In this document: one piece after another, positions 53,016 to 64,000 of the stretch
Layout of the letters: each line of letters opens with the position of its first letter
Position numbering within the stretch: position 1 is the first letter of the stretch
Source: Vicugna vicugna
Taxonomy: Eukaryota
Length of the DNA stretch: 64,000 nt
NCBI GenBank assembly: GCA_013265495.1
Contig: MU057377.1
Location: 186,001-250,000, forward strand
Reading direction: 5' to 3'
The notes under the pieces: model-generated
The model's input: the letters and a program-made list of their open reading frames with translations, nothing else
Databases searched by the model: none
What the model was told of the DNA's origin: nothing
Made by a program: the position numbers and the translations under genes

Positions 53016-53692
53016 GTATCATTTTTAAGCCTATTTGAATATTTTAAAATTTATGATTTATTTATTATTAAAATTATGTTATTAAGACAATTGAAAGTGG
53101 GATAAAATGAACAGGCAAAATTTAAATAAAAGCTGAGGTACATGAGTAGGGGGACGGCATGGGAATGATAACGGAGGCGGGTGTATATCTTCGCACCTCT
53201 GTTCCCACCAGTGCTGGCACACAGTAGGTCTCAGTGAGCCTGTGGTGGCGTAGTAGGTGTGAAACAATGATGACATGTAGAGAAAATCATAGAAGAATGT
53301 AGTTGAATAAAAAACTGGGCGAAAGAAATGTGAATAAGTTAGATGCTTATTGAGGATATTTGGGATAGAAGTGTATGGAAAAGATTCAACTAGACTAATA
53401 GTTGACCTTAATATTCTTCTTCAATAAAAGCAGGTTTTTTTAAACATTATAACTCTTGATTTAATTATAAACGATTTTGTAATTTTTATGTAAATCAACC
53501 TTAATTTGAATATATTTATGGTCTCTAAGGTTAAATTTGAGTTCTCTGTATTGAGTAATTTAAATGCCTATGATGTGTTATATTAGAATTATGCATTTAA
53601 TAAATTTAATTTTTAAGCTTTCTGAATGACTTACATTGTTGTTCCAGTTTTAATGAACCATATGAATATATACATGTGTATTTTTAATTTAG

Positions 53693-53738
53693 TGCCCCAA
53701 TGCCATACCTGATTGGAATACACTCCAGCCTCATAGAG
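53693..53738 (+). CDS. DENND1B: DENND1B coding exon (~exon 12), APMPYLIGIHSSLIE, 46 nt
   Basis: aatttag acceptor and GAG|gtgagt donor; DENN motif AP.PYLIG; phase 2 to 0. Confidence 0.96.
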
Positions 53739-56700
53739 GTGAGTATCTTTCAGACATGAGATACTGGTAAGTTCATCCATAAAAATAATAGTTCACACAG
53801 TTGTCTTTTGAAAGAATAGTAACTGAATAGTACCAAGCAGTGGCAAGTGTCATGTTTAGAATATCCTCACAGGATCATTTTCAAAAAGGCAGTGGTGCAG
53901 TAACTAGGATCTGGTGCATCATCATCATTGTGCCGGCTGATTTCCATCTTGTTCAAACACATTTCTTTTTCCGCTGGTTGTGCGCACTGTGCTCAAACCC
54001 AGTTTCTGATCTGCAGCCTGAATGAGTTAGATCTGGTTTTCTGCTTCGGTTTTGTCGTGGTGTGCACCGTCAGTCCGCACTTTGCCGATTGGGGAAGATC
54101 CTGGTGAGGACCGTAAAGCACCTGAGCGCCAGGTGTGGCAAGAGCCCTGTAGGAGGTCCTGAATGGTGGAATTCTGCATGTGCTCTAGGTTTGGTCACTT
54201 TACTTTTCACCGAATGCTAGGGCAACATTTTTTATTTGGGTTAGATAACATATTATATATTATACAATTATTGTATTATTATATAACATTATAAATTTTA
54301 TTAACTTTTAGAAAACTTGATTTCACAGGCTAGGGTACTTGCACTGAAAGGACAAATTGTGTATAATAAAACATGAATAAATGGTATTTAACGTGTTTTT
54401 AGAGTGTGGAATATGTGACTGGCATTTTATTTGTCAGCAGTTTGAGTTTTTGCAAAATCTAACCATGGTTGGTTGGTGTGGTTTCAAAAAAGTCATCAAA
54501 TTAGATTTTGACATTAGTGCACACATTATTTAATGTACCTAATAGAACATACTGTTTTTACAATGTATTTATTTATATATAGACAAAAAACATTCACAGC
54601 GGTTGATGGTACCCATTGATACTATTTTTTGCATAATGACTCTGTATCAACTCTTAAAACAAATGATTCCGCTTTTCCAAAATATTGTAGAAAAGAATCA
54701 AATTCAATGAATTTATCACATGTTAATTAGACACCTGTAAAGAAAATCAGTACTTTTAAAAGGAGCAAATTTAAGAATTATTTACTCCTAAAAGTATTAT
54801 TTTGGAGAAACAGTCCTTTCTAACTTTAAATTGACTCATCATTAAATAAGGATGTGTAGGGCCATGATTAGATTGGCTGAAATCTCTGTACCTTTTATGC
54901 TCTGGGCTTATCAGACTGTCTTAATCATCAGCTTTATTTGGTTTATTTGGTTTAATAGTGAGTGAGAAACTATAATAGGAACTTCAGAAATGTCTTTCCA
55001 ACAGTTGGGTACCATTTAGTAACTTTCTCCTTAATCTATTACAAGGGGATACACATTCTGCAATTCCATTCTTATTATGTCATTGTTAGGCAGGGTTTTT
55101 TGGCTAAAATTTTGATCTTTTGTGCTTTTAAATTTTATGTAAATAGTATTATAATTAAATATAAATGTATTTACATATTTCCTATATGGGACAGAACTGA
55201 ACGTTTTTTTTTATGTTTTGTTTGGCTGCAAATACAACTTTTTTTTAGGGAAGAATCAAAATATTCCATTATTTTCTCTGTTGGTCAAGACAGTTGCAAC
55301 ACATTTTATCAGTTTTACAAAGACTTTTAAACGTAATTGCTCAAAGACATGAAATTAATGTCTTTTAAAATCTTTTTAAAAAATTATTTCTATGTGATCA
55401 TAAGTAAAAGATGGCTAGAAATCTTATTTTAAAATATAAATTTGCTTCTAAGATGAAGGATAAGGGCATTTGTTCTCCCTGAAAACTAGACTTTAGGGAT
55501 GAACTCAAAGCAGACGAAGGTCTGTGAGTGACTGGGGATAAGTCAACAGGGGCTACAGATGTGAGGGTTCTGTTGTTCGTTTTACTGTGCAAAGGGCTCG
55601 GGGTGAAACACTGACCCAGGGTCACACATAGCATCACGTGGCTGCAGCCGCGCCACTCCTCGCATCCGCGTCCTGGAAGGAGGGTCGTGCATAGAGGGCG
55701 CGAGAAAGTCTTGCCAACCTAACACCAGTAAGACTCACAGTCTGTGTCCTAATGTTATTTTCTTATTTGTGAAGAAAAAGCTACATTCTCTTTTCACATT
55801 TTCTTTCTCTTTCCCCATCCAAACAAGTGTATGAATTTTATGAGATATAAAAATATGGGACAGAGAAAGTCATACCAGTTTTATATGCTGCATGACTTTC
55901 CACTTCTGTTTAGGAAAAGAAAGATAGTCTGATTTGGAGGGAAAATATAGATAAAATGCATTAATACAATTTTAAAAATTTAAATTACGTACTATTTCCC
56001 CCTTTTTGCTTATGTAGAATTATTCTCATTTCAGAGGGGCTGAGTGTATTGATTTATTAAAATGGATGTATTTTCCATTCTTATTGAGTGTCTCCTTTAA
56101 CAGATTTTAATATTCAGCTATTATTAGACTGTTTAAAACTAAGAGAAACTTTGAAAAAGGTATACATTTCATACTGATACTAATTTAATTTCTTTTATTC
56201 AGAGTTTAGTGTTAGTGTCATAACAAACATTTTGAGGGTCTAACCATTATTCTAGACTATTTGAGTGAATTTATTTTACCCCCTAAATAATACATCAGGT
56301 TTCTGGATTATCTTTACATTTCCTGTTAAAAGGACAACTTAGAATTGAAGATGGAAATCAAAATTATGATACACTTTTTCCCATACAAATGCCATTAATA
56401 TAAACATATTTTTGCTCATAAAATAGGTTATTTTTGTAGTTAAGCTATAGTTACTTTATAGGTAGCCATATTTTTACATATGTAAACTTTTTTACCTAGG
56501 TGTGTACACGTGGAAGGGACCTGAGTTTATTTATGACTGTTTTGGCAATAGTGTCACTATTATAAGTGATTCTCTGCTAATTTCTTAGAAACGACAGTCT
56601 TCTGAATTTTGCTTTGTAATAATTACAATGTCTGTTACGGGACAGAGCTTTAGAATCATGCATCTCCCCTGAGAATCCATATTCCAAGTAGACATCATAG

Positions 56701-57804
56701 CTTTCTTAACACATAAAAATTTCTTACTCTAGACTACCTTTTCCTAGCAGATTTCACATTCTACCTGATGTGCCGAGATTGGAAATCCTAAATGGATCAC
56801 AGAAACTTCAGAAATGACTATTATTCTAGAATGTCAATTTTAAAACTGCTGCACTGAAATGAATTGACCAATTGCTAGCTGACCTATGCAATTATAGACT
56901 TCTGGAGTAGACGGTTACATTAATATACACCTTGCTTATTTGCATTAGGGAATAATACCATTTTCCATCATTTAAATAAGACTAATAGAATTCTATAATT
57001 TGTTTAAGTAGACATTAGTTTAAGTAGGAAAAACAAACTAAATATTTCCTTTCTTTAAGAATAAAAAATCTAATAAATTCTAATTTACCATCATTTGTGT
57101 ATCTATTGAGATAACTTGACCATTTGACTAAGCTTTCAAACAAATATTGCAAGTCAGATAGTTAATCTGATAGGTGTTTAAATTTGATCCTTTTTATTAA
57201 ATTCATGGGATAAATATTACTAGCAGTAAATTCTATATTACTGCTGTCTTTTTTAATGCAACTTTTACTTGTCATCAACATACCAAATTGATATGAAAAT
57301 GTAGAGAAAATGTTTATTAATTTAAAACTTTGTTTAGTACTTATTAGTCATACATATTGATTTCTGTTAACCCTGCAGTGTGATTTATGCTAAAAATAGC
57401 TCTAAAACTGGCCAAAATCTCCTGTAACATAGGGTTGAAATTCAATTGATAAAATTTGAAGGATATAAATTTTTATGGTTTAATATAGCTGTGCCTATTG
57501 CGTGAGTCTTTGTTGTAATATGTCTTCGGTAGTTAAATTATATTCAGTATCTCCAAACTAAATCGATATGTTTAGATGAGCCAACATTCCATTTTTAAGC
57601 ATTTTCACTCTGTCTTTTTGAATGGTTATAGACAGACTTTCTCATAAGGCAGAATTGTTTATATTCTTTTATGATGTAGCATTTCTTTTTTCCTTTTCCC
57701 AAGGCTAATGCATTAAGGTAATTTTCTCTACATGTCTAAGTTCATTATAGTTTTGGAAGGAAAATATACTGAAATATTTATTTATAATTGTGTTTTTTAA
57801 ACAG

Positions 57805-57906
57805 AGAGTGAAAAATAAATCACTGGAGGACGTGGTTATGTTAAATGTTGACACAAACACTTTAGAATCACCATTCAATGACTTGAACAGCCTCCCGAGT
57901 GATGTG
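57805..57906 (+). CDS. DENND1B: DENND1B coding exon (~exon 13), [34 protein letters not shown], 102 nt
   Basis: ttttaaacag acceptor and GTG|gtaagt donor; matches recalled DENND1B. Confidence 0.96.
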
Positions 57907-60900
57907 GTAAGTCGGGGGGGTATTTTGTGGTGAACACGCATGTACATGTTTTCTCCTGGACCCTTGAGTTACTGAGTTATCTTCTACCTGGAATAAAAGG
58001 GTTGAAATGTGCATGTGGTGTGAGAGGAATCGGCGCAGGTTCTGCATTTAACATTTCTGCCGTTTGGCAGCTGAGGGGATGCTGAATGGAACGTCGCACT
58101 CCTTGTAGAAGTAAGAGCGTAATTAAAAAGCTGGATGCATTCATTAGGCAGAGTTTCTCTAAACGTAAGCCTCTTCATCTCATCTTAATCATTATATTAC
58201 AAAGTAGGCATTTCTGTCTGCCTGGTGGCATGTCTTGCAAAAGAATGAGAGAGTTTTTGAAGGCAAGAAGAAGAAGGGGGCCAATTATCGGCTTTTGCTT
58301 CCCTGCCACCTGCCAGCGCTTTTCCTTTTAATTAATGATCTGATGGCACTGGTCAATATAATAAGAGATGCTTGTACAGTTGGGGTCAGAAAATGCTGTC
58401 TTTGATCTCCCTCAACTTTCTGAAACATTTATTTGTTTTTTCTAGATTATTTCAGTTTTATTTTAATCTTTTCTATCCTGCTGAGGGCCGCAAGAATGAA
58501 AACCTACACTGTTTGTCATTTGCTTTGGCAGAGCAAAGACTGCTTACTTAGAATTCTATTTGTAAATTAAACTGCAAACCCAGTTTGTCATAAAAGACAT
58601 CTGATCCTTTTGAAATGACGAAAACTGTCTTTTGTCTGTAAAGGCTGATAAATTAAGTGCCAGCTCTCTTCTGGTCTTTGATCTTACAGAGGTTTGTGTG
58701 CGTGTGCGCATGTGTGTGTCTGCAGCTCATAATAGGGTATATTCTGTATTTTGTGTTAAATAGTCTCCAAAGTGCATTTTTCTGGCCTTCGTATTCCTTA
58801 GAACAGGGTAAAAATGCAGATTGTTCTGTTTCTGTATATATTCTAATGACTCTTTTAAAATATCTTTATAACTCAGTTCTAAGTTAATTAAACTCCCCTT
58901 TAAAACATCCGTTTTTTTTCTGGAGTGTTAACATTTTGGAATAAAAAAAACCTTCAGAATGTATTTTTCTGTAATATTTCAAGTACTTTGAAATCGTTAT
59001 TAGGGAGTTTGAAAAAAAGAATTTAAAAAAATCTTAAACTCAAAAAATACAGGAATACTAGCCTTGATTGTTTTTATGGCTAGTGATAGGAAAAACGTAA
59101 TTTTAAAGTCAAAATCAGATTATTTATGCCCATAAATAACCTAAAATACTTGCTGACCCTGAAGCAAATTAAATTGAACTACTTTATCTTACTGTAGTAA
59201 AATTTATGCTATGTATGAGCAAATCCAAACCCAGGCCAGTGAAGAATTATATTATCTTTTTAGCTCATTATAACTAGATTGCCTCATTATAGAAGTTTTG
59301 CAGAAGCCGCTAGAAAGGATTGCAGTTGTTCATTTAGAAATCCATCAAAGTATTCTTCATTGGATATAGAAATGATTATGAAAATAAAGCCCCAGCTTTT
59401 AAGAATGTTTTTCTTATGTGTATGTGGTTAGTGCCCTGAAAAGAAAAGATGGTTTATTTTTTTAAAGATGAGAAAGAATAAGAGAAAGGAAAAAGAAATC
59501 AGCTTTTTTGTGTCATACTGAAATTTTTATATCCAGCTTCAGTGACAGCTGATTATTTCTTTGAGAAAAACAACCTTTAGTAGTAATTTTTTTGATGGGT
59601 GATTCTTTTTTAATTGGGAACTACTACCTTCCTAGTAGAATTAGTTTAATATTAAAATATTTATTTAAGGATGTGAAGAAGTTAGACAGCATTCACAAAA
59701 TGTAAAGCCTTAATATGTAAAATGACAAGAGGGACCGTCTCATTGTTTACTTACAAGCAACAGTTAACGAACGACTCACAGCTGAAATAGTGAAGGATGT
59801 TCATAAAAAGGAACGCTGCCGGGTGAGGTAGGTACCGCTATCTGTAAGCTTGAAATTAAGGGCCACAGATTTATAGACAAATTTGAAGAATGAGTACGTT
59901 GAAGTGGTTCTGAGGTGGAGCTGGGACTATTTACTGAAAATGTGAGATGTTCTAAACTTAGTTATTTTCTAAAAATATCTCAGGTGATTGTTTAACCCAT
60001 CCCTAGTAAACTTAGCTTTTTCATCAGTTTTCCAAAAGCTCTCCCTCATAGTAGAAAAGATGGTGAAGTATCAGTCATTCTTGCTGTAATTGTAAATGTT
60101 TAAATGAGACGTGTTAAAATCACAAATGATCTTACTGAATTTCTTTGTGATTTGAATTAAGAAAAAATACTTGAAGCCTGAAAAATATTACTATCAGTAT
60201 TGCTTGATTATTTAATAAATTAACTGATATTTAAATGGGGCCTTTTAAAATCATTCACCAAAGCATTTAAATTATCCGCACAGGCCAGATGACTTTCTGG
60301 GCATGTGTGCTTTATTACTGCGTCAGCCTGACCAGTGGTCCTGGCTGTTCCGAGGTCAGTGGTCACAGTTGTCCTGAATTACTGGTTCTTTTTTCCTGTG
60401 GACCCTCTGCTGTGTTGCATGCTGTAATCTTCTTAATGGCTTCATTCCAATATTCACACGTAATATTTTAGATTTATTGGCTGTTAGAAATACTACCACG
60501 CCAGTAGCAGTTCCGCTGCTCTTAAGGTATTTAAAATTGGAAAAATAAATCAGGCCAAAGCTTTCAGGAATCCTTTGTTTTCCTTAAGGGAGGGGAAAAA
60601 ACTCTCTTCCTGTCTTCTGACAAGAACACTTGTTTTTCGATTTCATCATTTCACTATAGATTTGGATCATTAAAGGAATAAAACACACATTTTACTGGGA
60701 GTGATTTTAACGATATTGATTATTACATGGAATAACTTTTAAAAGCAGTAGATCCATTAAAATACACTTTTGTAGTTTTTGTCTGTGAATACATTGTGAT
60801 TTTACTTTCTAGTGGCTTTGCCAAATATGGAAACCTTCAAGCATACGTAGTTTCTGTTTTGAAATAAAGAAGTAAATTTTCGGGTTATGTAACAGTATCA

Positions 60901-63577
60901 GTTGCATTTAGTATTACTGTGGTATGTTTTTAAGTATGGGGTAAAAAGAGCCGATTGGATTAAATATTAACATTTGAAATCTCAAATGAGTCCATTTTAG
61001 TTTAAGAAAATCTACTGTTGAGACCCCCCGTTCCGACTATGTACACAAATTTATTTTCAGTTACATAATAATTTAAAATGTTGTATTTCTAAGGTATTAC
61101 TGCTCACTTTATTTTTTATCATCAACATTTTAGAAAGTAATTTGGAAAATTGTTACTATTTCAAAAATAAATAGGATGCCCCACTAGTTGGACAATTAAG
61201 CTGAAGAGAATTACGAGATTTAGGAAATCTGTCTTCATGTGAATATTGTTAGAACAATGACAAAATAACTCTCGCAGAAGAAAGCAGTAAGAATTGACAT
61301 CTGGGAAAGTTACACCCATTAGAATAGTCATTACTTGGAAAGCAAATTTTGACCTATATTGGTTAACTGTCTTTAAATAATTTAACTCATTAGATTGTAA
61401 AAAACAATACACTCTGAGACAGGTCAGTGTGTTTACCTGTTTCAGACAAGAGGGTGGGTCACAGCAAGTAGACTGCTAACGGTTTGTCTGGAGCTTGAGT
61501 TTGTATAGGTTGATCCTCAGACGTGTCCCCACACACCGGACCGTGGTCCCGCTCGTGTAAACGTGATGTGCTTGTAATGAGGAACTCTTAAAATTTAGTG
61601 TAGAGGCTTACTCTGCATTCTGATCTTGTTAGAGAAATAATCAGTATGACCTATTTGACTGAAATGAGGATTGTCAGCACTGCTTTAAAAACTCATTTTC
61701 ATGTTGTACAGAACATTATTGGAAAACAGTTTTCCATTTTCTGTCATGAGGGTGCGTAGAAAATATGGTACACACGCTGACGTGTTCTTGCACCGTCTCG
61801 GCCACGGTCTGTCCTAGGACAGCCGCACTGAGTGTGACACATGTTTAATTACTGCAACGTTGGGAAGATCTTATAAAATGCAACCCTCTGAAACACTGTG
61901 CATCTTACAGTGAGGCTCTCAAGTATCACACCAAGGACGCGGTTAATGGTTTTACTGTGATATGAAAAGGAGAAAGATACGGATCGCTCGGATTCACTAA
62001 AAATCATCACAAGCCCAAAGAACTAGAGGAAGAAAAACCCCCAAACTCTGATTTTTAGATAGCTGCATTCGAGTGAGCTAAGTAATTTGGAATAAATTTC
62101 AGAAAGTAATTGGCTTTTTCAGAGAATTATTAAAGTCAACTTAAAAATTCAAGTATATAAACAAATTTAACTCTTACAAGCAAGCACATAAGTCAATAAG
62201 TATGTTTAACTCATTGGCTGTTTCCTCTAATCTAACATGAAGGTTTAATGTTAAATTGTCATAGTATATGTTACAAAGGAAAAAAAAGACCCCAGAGAAT
62301 ATTGTATCAGTCCCGGGTTTGCCACAGCTCTGCTAAAATCCTCATCGTGTTCAGCAGTGCACGATGTCCCCAGCAGGTTTCTAGAGTGCCCAGGTTAGAA
62401 GGGTAACACGCCTTCACTCAGGTGCTGGGGTCATTTAGAGAAGCCCGTTTGTTGTTGTTTACTAGAGTGGACTCCAGGAGACACGTCCTGCTCTCAGTTT
62501 GCCCCCGGGGGATGCGGGCATCCGGGTGGCTCTTCCCCTCCACGCAGCCTGGCGCCGGGCGGAGCCGGGGCGGGCACTCAGTCCTTGGCCTGGAAGAGCA
62601 GTGTGATCACATTTCTTTTTATCTTTTGTAATGGAGGCTGCTTTTAAAGGCCCTGTTTAGAGTTAACTTCCTAGAATGCTTTATAAGGGAATTTCCATCT
62701 GACTTTCGAAGTAATGAAAGGAAGAACCCGGAAGCAGGCTTAATGGGCACCTCTTGGGCTCCAAGTGCGACTTGTTATTTCCTTTCCCTGGAGGCGAGGC
62801 CGGGTTGCGGTGGCGGCCCCTGGCCCCTGCACGTGACCCGAGGGTCCGTGGGAGTCTCCGCTCTCCTCAACACTTATTCCCAGAGATGGGATTGTTTACA
62901 AGAAGGCTTTCTGTTTGTAAGTAAATTAGTAACAGATTCTGCTGTTTTTTGAAATGCAAACTTTAAATACAAAAGCAAAACAAAACGGAAATTTAAAAAA
63001 CTCAAATTTTGATTATATTGGGCCTCCAAACATTTAAAAGATCTTCGTGCTCTTCTGTGGGCTGCGTGGGAGACCGAGCCTCCCGCTGCAGAGAGACCCT
63101 CCGTGGGGCCTCCCAGTGTCTCTGCACCTTGGCCAGTTTAAAGCTGATTTATAGTTTGTTACTCAGTAATTTTAAGTGCTCATGAATTTCCTTGGCTTCC
63201 TCATGGCTTTTCATTTCCACCTAAATTACCTGGTCTTTCCCCTAATGTCTTTTTTCCCCACAGCATCTTAATAATGTACTTCTCTCTCTTCGTACTGTTA
63301 ACGTGTGCATGTATTTTAATGTAAAGACCTGATTTTGGCTTTAAAATTATTTAAAACTGTCCTTCTTGTTTTTTAAGTTCTTGACTTTTCCATATTTGAG
63401 AGACTTTTTTGTGTGCACGATACTCTATTGTGAGCATTGTCACGATACCAGTTCCCAAGTCTTGCTTATGCCTAATGACTTGGTGAACTTCTGAATGAAT
63501 TATGTTCCTAGACACCATCACAGTTAGTCTGATCCAGTTAACAGGAGACATTGGTGTACCTCAGACAGGTTGTTAAT

Positions 63578-63700
63578 TTGTTCATTCATTCATTCATCAA
63601 ATATTGACCAAGCACCTACTATGTGCTGGATTGTGCTAGGAACGGAGTAAACAGGAAAAAACATACACGTTGCTGTCCTGGAACTCATATCCCGTTAGTC
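63578..63700 (-). mobile_element. L2 3' end fragment
   Basis: ttcattcattcattcatcaaatattgaccaagcacctactatgtgctggattgtgctagg. Confidence 0.8.
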
Positions 63701-64000
63701 TGAAGCCAACCACGTGGCCACACCAAGTCACAGGTGTTGCTGGGAGATGGCTGGGTTAACCCAGCCCGGTTAACCAAGCACCAGTCAAAACTTAGGATTT
63801 CTGTTACCAAAGAGAGAGAGAGTGGTAGACTGACAGCTATCTCTGCCGGTAATGAGCTGAAATGAAGATAATTTTAGCCAAGCTGAGATACCATTCTTAC
63901 CAGTCTACACTCAGATCTGCCTTTTATGGTTCAGCCAAGGTCAACATGTCAAAACATCTGTTTGCAGAGTTGTCCTGAATGGTGAGGATGAGTAAGCCAT

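Noticed and set aside
1..64000. Prokaryote-type systems (CRISPR arrays, operons) or a nested novel protein-coding gene
   Set aside because: Sequence is mammalian intron/exon DNA; I saw no spaced direct-repeat array, processed pseudogene or second exon chain.

Overview
Mammalian genomic DNA, most likely camelid, judged from a vic-1-like tRNA-derived SINE; I saw no Alu, B1, Bov-A or CAN SINE. The window lies entirely inside DENND1B (Rab35 GEF, DENN domain) on the + strand. It holds ten GT-AG coding exons (about human exons 4-13) that join to 792 nt of open frame, from EVLQTVPKF to DLNSLPSDV; start and stop codons lie outside the window. Introns are AT-rich and contain L1, L2, MIR, Tigger1 and ERV-L remnants plus microsatellites. 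I found no new gene system. The most notable signals are evolutionary: (1) patchy GC/CpG enrichment consistent with GC-biased gene conversion, which has nearly saturated one exon (36/37 codons end in G/C); (2) an intronic CpG island abutting a fossil ERV-L integrase/dUTPase and probably built from its LTR; (3) an apparent 3-nt splice-acceptor shift; (4) a twin-primed L1 with a 32-nt inverted duplication; (5) several candidate homeodomain-motif enhancers. Human protein and repeat-consensus comparisons are from memory, not from a search. Exon numbers follow my recollection of the human gene.
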